Positions 50,831 to 62,200 of a stretch of DNA of 64,000 nucleotides are shown here, piece by piece. Within the stretch, counting starts at the first letter, position 1, and every line of letters starts with the position of its first letter. Position numbers and translations under genes: made by a program. The stretch lies in sequence record DRR723986_637. One strand, 5' to 3'. A model generated the notes under the pieces. The model searched no databases. It saw nothing but the letters and a program-made list of their open reading frames with translations, and was not told the origin of the DNA.

Positions 50831-52105
50831 TTATTCGTTTATTGGCGGTACCAGGACAGTATTCATCATAACTTCTTTATCTCCATCAAAGGTTTTAGTT
50901 ATCGTATTTCCGTTTCTGGTTAATCCTTTAAATGTCCCTTTATCCACCTCATCCCAAAGTACATATTTTGCTTTACCATCTACTTTAAACAACCCAAAGT
51001 GTTTTTCTGAATTACCTGAGTTTTCACCACCTTTCCAAGGCTCATCAAATCCTTCAAAATAGAAACAAGACAAATTGGCCTCATTAGTCCATTCTCGCAT
51101 ATGGTTATAATACAACGCTTCCTTGTATTCATCACATGCTCTAGACCCATCTGCACCATAATGACCATCTGAAAAACTCGCCCAGCCTGTCTCACCAATA
51201 TGAATTGGCTTATTTACACCAAGACTTTCCATGTACTTTTTTACACTTTCATATTGTGCAATTGCATACTCTTTTGATCTTAACATTGAAGCTTCTATTT
51301 TCTCTAAATCCGTCATACCATCATTTTCAAATGGTTTCCGCCAAAAATCTGGTTGATAATGCGTGTCGTGCATAGGATAAGTATGCATGGAGATAAAATC
51401 TACAGCTTTTATTAATTCATTTAAATCTTTAACATGGTACTCTTCGCCACCACCTCCCCAAGAGGCGAAATTATCTGAACTGGTAATCCATAAGTCTTTA
51501 GATAGTTTACCTTCTTTTTTTAAATCTTGGAGGTGATTAACCCATTTTAAAATAATGTTTGGCTCTACATAATAACTGGTAGCCCACTTCACCATTGCCT
51601 CATTTCCAACAGCAATTATTTTAACTATATCAGGATACTTATTAGCTAACGCCACAGCTCTAGCTATTTCGGCTGGGTTTTCTTCATTTTCTTCATTATG
51701 AATAGGTTCTCCATATCCCGAGTTAAATGAATTCTTGCAATCAACCCATGCACCTAACATCACATACATTTCAAAATTTGGATCTTCCCTTTTCATGTCA
51801 CTAATAACTTTGACCAAATTTGAAGCTTGCGGTTTTAAAAGCTTATAAGTTCGGATAATTTTCACTCCCATTGCGGACAATAATTTCATATCTTCCTTCA
51901 ATTCTTCTAATGTAGGCTCTATACTATGGTCTGTATATCTGTAACCACCATAAGACATTGCTAGATACTCTGAGTTACCCAAAATGTCTTTTGCCGTTAA
52001 TTGACTTTTTGTTTGCATCTGCTCATTGGATTTGGAATTTTGGTTACACGACCAAATAAAAATTGATACAAGTACAGCGATACAAATGTGTTTATCAAAT
52101 TTCAT
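50831..52105 (-). CDS. GH17 beta-1,3-glucanase lipoprotein
   Basis: Lipobox IWSC; AVGNE, IGETGW and SEKHFGLF. Confidence 0.9.
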   Translation of the reverse strand: MKFDKHICIAVLVSIFIWSCNQNSKSNEQMQTKSQLTAKDILGNSEYLAMSYGGYRYTDHSIEPTLEELKEDMKLLSAMGVKIIRTYKLLKPQASNLVKVISDMKREDPNFEMYVMLGAWVDCKNSFNSGYGEPIHNEENEENPAEIARAVALANKYPDIVKIIAVGNEAMVKWATSYYVEPNIILKWVNHLQDLKKEGKLSKDLWITSSDNFASWGGGGEEYHVKDLNELIKAVDFISMHTYPMHDTHYQPDFWRKPFENDGMTDLEKIEASMLRSKEYAIAQYESVKKYMESLGVNKPIHIGETGWASFSDGHYGADGSRACDEYKEALYYNHMREWTNEANLSCFYFEGFDEPWKGGENSGNSEKHFGLFKVDGKAKYVLWDEVDKGTFKGLTRNGNTITKTFDGDKEVMMNTVLVPPINE

Positions 52106-52183
52106 GATTTAGTTTATTTTTCATTCATCTTTTGACGTTATATACTCTAAACTGCGCTAATAATTTTTTAAAAAATATAGACA

Positions 52184-53371
52184 CTATCGTGTTGTCTGAA
52201 TTTCATATTCTAAAGGTGGAACTAACACGTCCTTTAGTAGTTCTTTTTTATCTCCATTATAGGTTTTCGTTATGAGATTACCATCTCTTGTTAAGCCTTC
52301 AAAAACGCCTTTGTCGACTAGGTCCCAAATTGGATATTTCGCTTGTCCATCTATTGTAAATAAACCAAAATGATTTTCAGACCCGTTTACATTCTGTGCA
52401 TCCTTCCATTGTTCATTGAAGGCCTCAAAATAAAAACAAGAAATACCTGCCCTGTTTGTCCATCGTCTCATGAGTTTGTAATATAGACCTTGTTTATATT
52501 CATCTGTAGCCCTAGACCCATTTGGACCATAATGTCCGTTAGAAATCGTTGCCCAACCAGCTTCTCCAATATGAATGGGTTTATCAACTCCTAAGGTTTT
52601 TACATAATTTCTGACAGCTTCATATTGTTTTTGAGAAAACTTTATAGAGCGTTCCATAGTCATTTCTATTTTTGTTCCATTTGGTATATTTCTATGTGCG
52701 TCAGGAATAGCCCAAAACTCAGGATTATAATGTGAATTGTGATATGGATATGTGTGCATAGAGATATAATCTACTGCACTAATTAGTTTCTCTAAATCTT
52801 CTACATGATATTGACTATCTCCTCCTCCCCAAGATGAAAAGTCATCTGAACTCGTTATCCATAAATCTTTTGGCAGCTTACCCTGTTTTTTTAAATCTTG
52901 TAACAGATTAACCCATTTTAAAATAACACCTGGTTGCACATAGTATGAGGTAGCCCACTTCACCATAGCTTCATTCCCTACAGCTATTATTTTCACAATA
53001 TCTGGATACTTATTTGCTAAAGCTATTGCTCTTTTAATTTCACCTTCATTATTAGGGCTTTCAACATTGTGATTAGGAGTCTTATCGGTCCAGGCATTTA
53101 AACAGTCTATCCAAGCACCTAACATGACATACATTTCAAAACTCGAATCTTCTTTTTTGAGTTCCTTTATAGCCTTTAAAATATTAGAAGCATGAGGCAA
53201 CTTAGGCTGAACATTATAAGTTCTAATAACCCTAATACCCATTGCAAATAAGATTTTTAAGTCCTCTTTTAACTGTGGTAAAGTAGGTTGAATATCCCTC
53301 GTTTTTTCACGATACCCACCGTAAGAAATGGCTTGATAAGCTGGATTTCCTAATATATCTTTAGCTGTCAC
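52184..53371 (-). CDS. GH17 beta-1,3-glucanase lacking a signal peptide
   Basis: AVGNE, IGEAGW and SENHFGLF; close paralog of 50831-52105; GTG start. Confidence 0.88.
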   Translation of the reverse strand: MTAKDILGNPAYQAISYGGYREKTRDIQPTLPQLKEDLKILFAMGIRVIRTYNVQPKLPHASNILKAIKELKKEDSSFEMYVMLGAWIDCLNAWTDKTPNHNVESPNNEGEIKRAIALANKYPDIVKIIAVGNEAMVKWATSYYVQPGVILKWVNLLQDLKKQGKLPKDLWITSSDDFSSWGGGDSQYHVEDLEKLISAVDYISMHTYPYHNSHYNPEFWAIPDAHRNIPNGTKIEMTMERSIKFSQKQYEAVRNYVKTLGVDKPIHIGEAGWATISNGHYGPNGSRATDEYKQGLYYKLMRRWTNRAGISCFYFEAFNEQWKDAQNVNGSENHFGLFTIDGQAKYPIWDLVDKGVFEGLTRDGNLITKTYNGDKKELLKDVLVPPLEYEIQTTR

Positions 53372-53396
53372 TTCTTTTTCTTTTCTTTTGGTTATT

Positions 53397-56300
53397 TTAT
53401 TTTAAATAAGCCGAATTTATGCTTGCGACTATTTTCGTTACTTTACCTGTTCGCATAAATATTTGATTACTTATAGAATCATCTACTATTAAACTTTCTA
53501 TAATTTTAGACTCCCCGTCTTTAAAATAAATTTCAAGACTATCATTATCTGATATTTGATAGATAATTGGCACTTGGCAATATGTAAATCCTAATGATCC
53601 TTCTATCATTTGAATGCTCTTTCTATTATTATTTATATCTACATAATCAAACATTGAAGGGTCTTTGAAAAATTCTTCTTTTCTCAATAAACTTGGATTA
53701 AAAAATAGTTTTCCTTCAGCTACAAAAACACCAAGTTCACCGAAACGACTTAATATGTCTTCCTTTACTTGACCTGTCATTCCAGGCTGTTGTGCTCCTT
53801 TACCACCTGGTGTATGGGAATAAGGATCTGTTGGGAAAGCACCATATAACTCTGGTGATTTATGTACTCCTATACCTTCATTGATTTCATAAAAATGCTC
53901 TAATAATTGACCTATTACAACTTCATTTTCTCCTTCATTAACAGCTTTCATACAACATTCCTGTACAGCTAATAACAATTTAGAAACCATGTGCCAATAG
54001 ATAGAGCCTAAACCTTCATAGCCATAAAATGTACCCGATCTACCTGTAAAAGCTTTATGATTAAAGACATCTTCAAAAGCTTGTAATACTTTTGTTGTAT
54101 CAGATTCTACAAGTGTTTTATACTTTGATTCTGAAAGGTTTTCTAAAGCCTCAGACACATCGTCTGCATTTTTAAAATTACCATTGAAATGGTATTCTCC
54201 ATTGACATCTTTTTCGATAATCTGTACATTACCATCTTTTAATAATTCTTGTAATAACTTAGATGAAAACACAGCATCTTCAGAGATTGTATTGCGATCT
54301 AAGAATCCTTTTAATTCCTTATTTGGATATAATAAATAACTATACTGATCCGCTCTAAATAGTTTACTCGCCTTTAAAGCGTTTAGAACTTCTAAGGCCT
54401 CTTTAGAATTTAAGTATCCAGAACTTAAGACAGCAACCTGACCTTCTAACATTTCACTCAAATATGATATTGAGACTGAATTGTTTTTATTTACAGTCAT
54501 AAGATTATAAGCATGATATAAATTATCTGAACGCTTATTTGCTTTGATCGAATGCTCTAAGAAGGATTTGCTTATGGTTATAAAATCCTTCAATTTACTG
54601 ATTGAAAGATTGGACTTTCTTCCAGAAAAAGCATGATTATAAACATGTGTTCTGTAATCACTTCCTGCTTTTCCTAGACTATCTAATATTACTTTTTTAT
54701 CAGTATCGTTAATTGATCCTGATAATAAATTTTGGTTATTCTCAAATGTTTCTAATACTCTATTAAAAAAGTCAAATATTTCATTAGAGACTTCTACGTC
54801 ATTAATAGTTGTATTAGCAAGCAACTCTTCAAAGAAATTGAAGAATCTTCTTAAGTAGTATAGTGTTACCATTGATACACCATTACCAACTAAAGCATTA
54901 TTTGCATCATTCCATTCCGGACGTTGCGTATTCATCCATATACCTCCTTCTGGAATAAAGTTTGACAGTTTTGCTAATGATGTGGCTAATATTTTTTCAA
55001 TAAAATTTGCTTTTATAATAAATCTATTTTCATCTCTAAGCAAGGCACCATCTGCACCTAATTGTTCTCTTTCCTCATGTATCTTATGATCTAGTGTCTC
55101 ATCAAAAACGATAGTGTCTTTTGGGTTTTTTAACAAATCCTCGTAAGGCTTAATTTTATAAGGAACATTAGCATAAACAAACAAATCTTTTGAAAAGAAA
55201 CTTTCTAATTTACCTGGTTTATGATTATTAATAAATTCTAAAAACTTTAGTAAGTATATAATTTGGTGATCTCCCCAATAACCAATATACGACCAAGGGT
55301 CATCTGGTTCAATTATTTCCCAATCGAAACCTCCTTTTGTTACTCGATAAGGATTATAGCCATCAAAAGTGGTTGCATTTAAAAACTTATGAATCATACT
55401 TTCAATAAACTCAGGATAGGAATGCGCTAGGGCTTCCCAATTTTGAAATATATCTCTCCAGTTTCCTTCGTAGTCTAATATTTTTGAGCCATCTACTTCA
55501 CTTCTTGTATTAATAGAGAATTTATTCCAAGGACGGCTTGGATCACCGTGACGTCTACTAAATTTTAGTGGCATATACTCTAAACAATGGCGTCTAAAGT
55601 TTTTATCATCACTACTATACGCAATTTTTTGAATCTCCGAAAGCGTAAATACCTCTGGTAATTTATCAATTGTACTCTCAGATGTTCTTGCTACTTTTTT
55701 ATTGGCATTGGCTAAGTAATTCTTAAAATCCCATTTTTCAATACGATACCCATCATCGAATATACCGCCTCGCATAATGTTAAATAGTGTATTGGAAAAA
55801 TGACGGGTATCTCTTAAGCTATCTGCCGTAACTTGGATAGCATCAGATGCAGCATTAAGTTCTACAAGACGCTTAGTACCAAGGTTTATATCTTCGTTAA
55901 CCTTTTTAGATAAGTTTTTATCCTCCTTTATTTGCTTTGATAAGAGTGCAATATCTGAATGATCTTGGTTGACATTGGCAACCATCATCCATTCTTTTTC
56001 AGTTTCAGCCGAAAGTTCTAATTCTGTTGAAACAAAATATGCTCCCTTTTCGGCTTTAATATCCGTTTCTTGTTTGATATCTAAACCAGATCTAAAATAT
56101 TTTAACTGTAATGAAGACACTAAATATTTTGGTTTTTCTAAGCCTAATGACCACACCACATTAGCTTTTAATGCTTCGCTTGCTTCTGCTTTATCAACTA
56201 AAATTGCGCTAAGTGCAAAGATTCCAAGACCTGTAGATTCTTCTAGCTCGTTACGTTTATATGCATCTACAAGATTACTTGCCTGATTCTGAATATCACT

Positions 56301-56843
56301 ACCAATACTGGCTGGTAATATATTCTGAATACCGTCCAATACCCTTACTTTAACAGATTGATTAGACGTGTTTATTAACTTTGATTTCTTTACAAATCCA
56401 TACTTGTTACTCGAACTCCATTGGTATCTAAATGTCAATTCTAAATCATGATTGATTTCTTCAAATATTATTTTATTACCATATCTATTCTTGTAAAGGT
56501 TCTGAGTTGTAGAGTAATTACCTAATGATCTTATCGCCAATGGCTCCCACATAAATTCCTCATTATCCTTATAGACTTTAAAGATTGATTTATTCCCAGT
56601 TATATCAGCAGACTCAGTTATTTTATCATCTGTATAGTAGGGAAACAAGGCGAATTCAGAATTCTTTCGTCCTGCAGTTAATCCACCATTGCTTGAAATA
56701 AACATCCAGTGATTTGAATCACTAACAATGCTCATAAAAAATGGTCTCATTTTATCACTATTAGAAATCTTGAAATAAGCTTCGTTATTTATTGAGATTG
56801 ACTCTAATTTTACCTCTTTATTTTGTGCAATATTATCTTTCAA
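53397..56843 (-). CDS. Probable GH149 beta-1,3-glucan phosphorylase
   Basis: 1148 aa, no signal; FSRRHGDPSRPWN, YEGNWRDIFQNWE and YEGLGSIYWHMV motifs; beta-glucan context. Confidence 0.82.
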   Translation of the reverse strand: MKDNIAQNKEVKLESISINNEAYFKISNSDKMRPFFMSIVSDSNHWMFISSNGGLTAGRKNSEFALFPYYTDDKITESADITGNKSIFKVYKDNEEFMWEPLAIRSLGNYSTTQNLYKNRYGNKIIFEEINHDLELTFRYQWSSSNKYGFVKKSKLINTSNQSVKVRVLDGIQNILPASIGSDIQNQASNLVDAYKRNELEESTGLGIFALSAILVDKAEASEALKANVVWSLGLEKPKYLVSSLQLKYFRSGLDIKQETDIKAEKGAYFVSTELELSAETEKEWMMVANVNQDHSDIALLSKQIKEDKNLSKKVNEDINLGTKRLVELNAASDAIQVTADSLRDTRHFSNTLFNIMRGGIFDDGYRIEKWDFKNYLANANKKVARTSESTIDKLPEVFTLSEIQKIAYSSDDKNFRRHCLEYMPLKFSRRHGDPSRPWNKFSINTRSEVDGSKILDYEGNWRDIFQNWEALAHSYPEFIESMIHKFLNATTFDGYNPYRVTKGGFDWEIIEPDDPWSYIGYWGDHQIIYLLKFLEFINNHKPGKLESFFSKDLFVYANVPYKIKPYEDLLKNPKDTIVFDETLDHKIHEEREQLGADGALLRDENRFIIKANFIEKILATSLAKLSNFIPEGGIWMNTQRPEWNDANNALVGNGVSMVTLYYLRRFFNFFEELLANTTINDVEVSNEIFDFFNRVLETFENNQNLLSGSINDTDKKVILDSLGKAGSDYRTHVYNHAFSGRKSNLSISKLKDFITISKSFLEHSIKANKRSDNLYHAYNLMTVNKNNSVSISYLSEMLEGQVAVLSSGYLNSKEALEVLNALKASKLFRADQYSYLLYPNKELKGFLDRNTISEDAVFSSKLLQELLKDGNVQIIEKDVNGEYHFNGNFKNADDVSEALENLSESKYKTLVESDTTKVLQAFEDVFNHKAFTGRSGTFYGYEGLGSIYWHMVSKLLLAVQECCMKAVNEGENEVVIGQLLEHFYEINEGIGVHKSPELYGAFPTDPYSHTPGGKGAQQPGMTGQVKEDILSRFGELGVFVAEGKLFFNPSLLRKEEFFKDPSMFDYVDINNNRKSIQMIEGSLGFTYCQVPIIYQISDNDSLEIYFKDGESKIIESLIVDDSISNQIFMRTGKVTKIVASINSAYLK

Positions 56844-56908
56844 CGTTTAAGAATAATTAATCGTTACTAAATGGCTTAGTATAAATTACAAGCCCTTATA
56901 ATGTCAGG

Positions 56909-56937
56909 AAAAGGCCAAGAATACTCTTGACCTTTTT
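56909..56937 (-). terminator. Hairpin after GH16
   Basis: Minus strand GGUCAAGA-GUAU-UCUUGGCC-UUUU. Confidence 0.65.
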
Positions 56938-56955
56938 AAATTGAATTATTTTTTA

Positions 56956-57837
56956 TTAATCTGCAGAATATACTCTAACATAATCTACGAGCATTTCTTG
57001 AGGAAATACTGTTTGCTCATTAGGAGAACCTACATAGTTTCCTCCAACAGCAACATTTAAGATGATATAAAATTCATCATCAAAAACCCATTCACCAGGC
57101 AAGTCACTAGGTCTTATTTGATTATATAAGACATCATCTACATAATAGTTTATATAATTTTCATTCCACTCTATACCAAAGACATGAAAACCTGTATCGA
57201 AACGATCATTTTCTAATTCGAAATCTTTAGAAACTGAATTTGCTCCAGAGTAACCAGGTCCGTGTACACTACCAGTTATAAGAGTTGGCTCTTGACCTCT
57301 GTTTTCCATTATATCAATCTCACCAATTTGAGGCCAGACTTCTAAGCCATTATTGTCATCGCCCAACATCCAAAATGCCGGCCAAAGACCTTGTCCCCAA
57401 GGTAATTTAATACGAGCCTCAAAACGACCATATTTTTGTTGGAAATTACCCTTTGTTAAAATTCTACCAGAAGTATATCCAAATCCTTCATAATCTTCTG
57501 CACGAGCAGTTATTTTTAAGTATCCATTTTCTTCTTCTTCGTCATATATTACCTCTACATTTTCAGATCTATCAGTATAATACTGTAATTCATCATTTCC
57601 CCATCCAGGTATACCTTGTTCTTCACCATTACCTATCTCATAACTCCAAATACTCGCTAATGGAGCACCTGGTGTATCAAACTCATCTCGTAATGTTATA
57701 TTATCAAAATTTGTTACATTTTGTGTTTCATCTGGATCGCAATTGGTAACAAACAACATAATTCCAGCACAAAATAAACTGTAGATGAAAATTGATTTGA
57801 TGTTTAGTTTTAAACTATTATTTTTCATATTTAGCAT
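56956..57837 (-). CDS. GH16 laminarinase lipoprotein
   Basis: WPAFWML and catalytic EIDIME; lipobox VTNC; start may be the ATG at 57828. Confidence 0.93.
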   Translation of the reverse strand: MLNMKNNSLKLNIKSIFIYSLFCAGIMLFVTNCDPDETQNVTNFDNITLRDEFDTPGAPLASIWSYEIGNGEEQGIPGWGNDELQYYTDRSENVEVIYDEEEENGYLKITARAEDYEGFGYTSGRILTKGNFQQKYGRFEARIKLPWGQGLWPAFWMLGDDNNGLEVWPQIGEIDIMENRGQEPTLITGSVHGPGYSGANSVSKDFELENDRFDTGFHVFGIEWNENYINYYVDDVLYNQIRPSDLPGEWVFDDEFYIILNVAVGGNYVGSPNEQTVFPQEMLVDYVRVYSAD

Positions 57838-57843
57838 GTTTTT

Positions 57844-59277
57844 TTAATTCTCAGAATAGAAGTATATATTATCTAATGACAAATTAGCAATTGTACCATC
57901 TGTTACTGTAAATAAAGCTCCTAAAGCTTCTCTACCACTTAAGCCTGTAAAACTAGATAATGGAATATCAAATTCAACCCATTCGTTACTCACTAATTGA
58001 GAACCATCTATTTGAAAATTACCTTCTGTCTGAGTACCAGTTGCAAAATTGTTGAACAGTATAAAATTTACAAAATCACCTCCGTCAATATTATCATTTA
58101 CTCTTACATCAATATGTAAATGCGTCATCTCTGTTGCATCAATTGGCGGAACGCCACTGTTTTCTCTACCATAAAATTCTATAGCAACGAAATTTAATTC
58201 TGTGTATGTAATTACATTATTTCCATTTTCTTCTACTGCACCTCCTTGAGTTGTTTGAAATTCTGCATAAAATCCATTGTAATTATCTACTGGTACGTTA
58301 GCAAAAACGTCACTGAAAAGAGAAATTACATTAATATCTGTTGCAAAAATGGTTAAAGAGCCTGATGCCACTACACCTCCCAAAAATGCAGAAATAACAG
58401 CAGAATTTTCTAACAATCCTGTTTCTGGATTTATTACACCTGGTCCATCAACAGTAACAAGTCCTTGCTCATCCACAGAAGCTACAAAAGGATTTGAAGT
58501 TACAAAATCAAAATAGGCTGGTGTTGCAGAAACTGTTATATCTTCACCAGTTGAAAGATTAAAAGTCTGACTTAAACCAATTAGTGGAACGGAAGTACCC
58601 ACGTTACTTTGGGCTGTTTGATCTTGTCCACCCAGAATTGCGGGTCTTGGCTGAGCAATTGTACCCAACTTCTCAAAACGCATTTCGTCCATCCAGAATG
58701 TAAACCCAAAGCCAGCAGTACTTTGTGTACCTGCTGCAAAAGAAAACATTCCTTTTTCTTGTAGTAGCTTAGATGCATCTGGAATTGGAATTATTATTTT
58801 TTTCCAATCCGTAGATAACTCTACATTTTCTAGTGTAACAGCATATTCATTAGCTTCGAAATCTATTCCAAAACCAAAAGTTCCAATAGTCGCGGTTGTA
58901 GATGCTTTTGCCCAAAACGTTAAAGCATCATACTGCGTTAAGTCTCTGCCAGCTCCACGATCTATAAAAATTCCACCTATATATCCTCCATCTGGATCTG
59001 TTGGACTTGGTACATCAATTCGTATTGACGTTGTCCCTTCATAAGCTTCATTATCGTCTGTGCCAAATCCATTTACATTAGCACCAGTAGCCGGATCAAA
59101 TGAAATGAAAAATTCATCTGTTAATCCAACAGGAGCATCAGTAAAAATTTCGGGTGTAGATGGGAAAATTGCAAGCTCAACATCATCCGAAAATCCTCTA
59201 TCACAACTCGTCATCACTAGGCATAACAATCCTACGATAGCAAAAGTAATGTGATATTTATAATTAAATTTCTTCAT
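57844..59277 (-). CDS. Surface glycan-binding-type lipoprotein (CBM-like, Ig-like and CBM-like domains)
   Basis: Lipobox MTSC; DLTQYDALTFWAKA..FWMDE; ISLFSD..MTHLHIDV..DIPLSSF..LDNIYFY; no catalytic motif seen. Confidence 0.7.
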   Translation of the reverse strand: MKKFNYKYHITFAIVGLLCLVMTSCDRGFSDDVELAIFPSTPEIFTDAPVGLTDEFFISFDPATGANVNGFGTDDNEAYEGTTSIRIDVPSPTDPDGGYIGGIFIDRGAGRDLTQYDALTFWAKASTTATIGTFGFGIDFEANEYAVTLENVELSTDWKKIIIPIPDASKLLQEKGMFSFAAGTQSTAGFGFTFWMDEMRFEKLGTIAQPRPAILGGQDQTAQSNVGTSVPLIGLSQTFNLSTGEDITVSATPAYFDFVTSNPFVASVDEQGLVTVDGPGVINPETGLLENSAVISAFLGGVVASGSLTIFATDINVISLFSDVFANVPVDNYNGFYAEFQTTQGGAVEENGNNVITYTELNFVAIEFYGRENSGVPPIDATEMTHLHIDVRVNDNIDGGDFVNFILFNNFATGTQTEGNFQIDGSQLVSNEWVEFDIPLSSFTGLSGREALGALFTVTDGTIANLSLDNIYFYSEN

Positions 59278-59288
59278 AGTTATTTTTT

Positions 59289-62200
59289 TTATTTGCCAAT
59301 ATTAATATGTACGTATGTTCTTATTTCCCATTCTGAACCATCAGGGAATCCTACTGGACTTAATAAAGGTCCTTGATTCGGGTTAGTTGCGTTTGGGTCA
59401 GTTGCAAGAGGTGAATACCTTGGTGAGAATCTATCTAAAGATCTCCAAGTTCCTCTTATTCCAACGGTTGTGCTTGGTAATACAAACCAATCTGGTTTAC
59501 CTAAAGAAGTAGACACATCTAACATAAGCTGCAATGGAAACGTGAGGTTAAAATCTCTATGATAATCAAATGGACCCCAATCGTTAACTTTAACATGCGT
59601 TTCTACTTTCATTTTATTGTATATCATCCTGATGTCTCCTCCAAATCGCTTAATAGTTCTTTGACTATCACCATTCGCTTGTGCATTACCGTAATAGAAA
59701 TTACCTATAATACCTAATTCAGATGACACTTTTGAAACCATTCTAGAATGAACTTCCCATAAATCTTCTGCGGGTGCAGCGTTTGGAAAAGCAAAAAACG
59801 TACGATTAGCTAAGAAACCAATATGAGCATCCATGGTTGTTGGTAGATAACGATAAACAAAACCTAAATTCATTGCGAATTTTGCGTCTTCAGCTCTGTC
59901 ATTATTCCATTCGTACATCCAAGTCCCTGGTGTTGGGTCAAAGGAAAATAAAATCTCACCAGCCGTCATCTCACGATTTCCTTGTCTTACCGCAAAAGGA
60001 TCATCAATTACATTTCTTAAACGTCCTGGTGCTGCAACACCATTTGGCATTGCATCTACTAATGGTTTTTGCCACATAAAATTTGGAGCTATTTGGAGAT
60101 TACCTAGGGTGTATGTAAATCCAGATAATACATTTGCCATATTACCACTTCCTGAATCTTTCAATCTCCAACCTGTAAATGTTCTTGTTGCATCAAAGCC
60201 ACCATTTGCAACAAGTCCCATTACTGCTCCTTGTGCATACCAGTTGAATTTACCTCCTTCGTATGTGATTTTGGCTTTTCCACCCCAATTATCTTTACTG
60301 TTTACTTTATCTTGTACAACTACATCATTTCTTTCTTCATACATTTGGAATGTACTTCCGTTTAGAGGACTTCCACCCCAAATACCACCAACTGTTATAC
60401 CAAACTTCCCTAATTCTCTTTCAACGACTAAAGATGCTCTTTCTGTAGGCCATGCAGGAATAATACCACTTCGTAATTGGTTCTCGTCTAAAACGCGACG
60501 TCCATTAGCATCAAAATCTGCTTCTGTTTCAAGATCTCTATGATAAATACCTGTTACATCATATTTACCAATTTTTTTATGATATTTTAATAATGCCGTT
60601 GGATTCGCTCCCCACCATAATTGAGGACCAAATGCTGCTTTAAGTCCGTCTAATGATCCTTTACCATCGATTTCTACACCTAAAATTTCACCACCATAAA
60701 TATCTAAGTTTGGACCATAATTAGCTTCTGGATAAAGACCAAAGAAATCTCCTTCATATTGCCAATGAAAATGACCTGTTCTGTAAAATCCTCTTAAATC
60801 AAAGTCCTTAGCATTCCATTCAAATTCTGCCTGATAAACATTTACTCTATTAACGTCGTTCTCGACAACTTGTTGATTATTATTATCTAAAGATATAACT
60901 GGTCTTGCTCTATTTTCATAGAATATCTCATCGATTGGATTTTCAGCAACTTTACCGATAATGTTAAAGGTCGCACTTGCTCTAACATTCGGTGCCGGAT
61001 TACCCTCTACCCCAACAAAATAAGATTGCATATGATCAAACCCTAATTGATTAGGATAGCTATTTGAGTCTGGGTCTGGATTATCTGGTGTTGTTATTAA
61101 GCTACCACCTGTATTGAATGTTGTGAATCTGGCTGTAAGCTGACTCAATCTAATTTTCTGTGAATCATTTCCACCAAGGGCTGCTTTATCACCACGAGCT
61201 CTTAGTACATGATCCATTATCTGGATATTCTTAAAATGATTATTTACAAAATCCGCCGTAACACCTTCACCATAAGGATTAAGACTATGTGCTTCTTTTA
61301 ATGCATAATAGGCGGCTCTTGGGTATAATTGATATAAGCCTCGTTCATTTGTAGCGCCTTTTGCACAGATACCAAACCATTCTTCATTCATATTATTTTG
61401 TCCTGGTGCTAAATCAATAGCATATCCGCCATTGGTCCACGACGCATTATTATCATGCACATCTGCATTCTTTCTATCGTCAAATCCGAATTTCCACCAG
61501 CCATCACTAAATTGAAATGTAAATCCACCTAATGAAATACCTGTTTTACCTAAACCAGCGGCATGTTGATAAATTTCTTTCCAATTTTCAACCATATAGT
61601 AAGCTTGTGCTTTCTGATCTTCTCTATTTTCTTTTGCATTGAAAGCATCAGCACCAAATTCAGTAAAGATTAATGGCATATCTAATTTTTCCTTAACTAC
61701 ATCAAACATGTCTGTAAATGATGCTCCTCTGTAAGTATTTGTTCCATAGATATCTACATCTTTACATTCTTCAGCAATAATATCAATGAATAATACATCT
61801 CCATTACAGATTGCAACTGGATGCGAAGAATCAATTGCTTTCATCGCTACAGCCGCATCATTCATTAGTTTGTACATTGGTCGACCGCGCTTTTCACCTA
61901 TAAATGCTTTTTTTTCTTCATCATCAGGAAAATCTTCTGTCTCTGCACCTTGCCAGAATAAGCCATAATTATTCTCATTCCCTAACAGATATAGTAATAA
62001 TCCTGGTGTATCCTTATACTCCTCAACGAGTACCGTTACTTCATTCATTAATAATTCTGAAGTTTTCGCATCATCGTAAATTGTTACTGGTGTCCATACA
62101 CCATCTATGGTTAGACCATATCGACCAAATGAGTGATTTAGCATTGTATAAATGCCATAATTCTCATAAATATATTGAATCCATCTTGCTGGTACTCCAG

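Noticed and set aside
56836-56850. AACGTT palindrome at the GH149 start as a LacI operator
   Set aside because: Only 6 bp of symmetry and no convincing second copy in the locus
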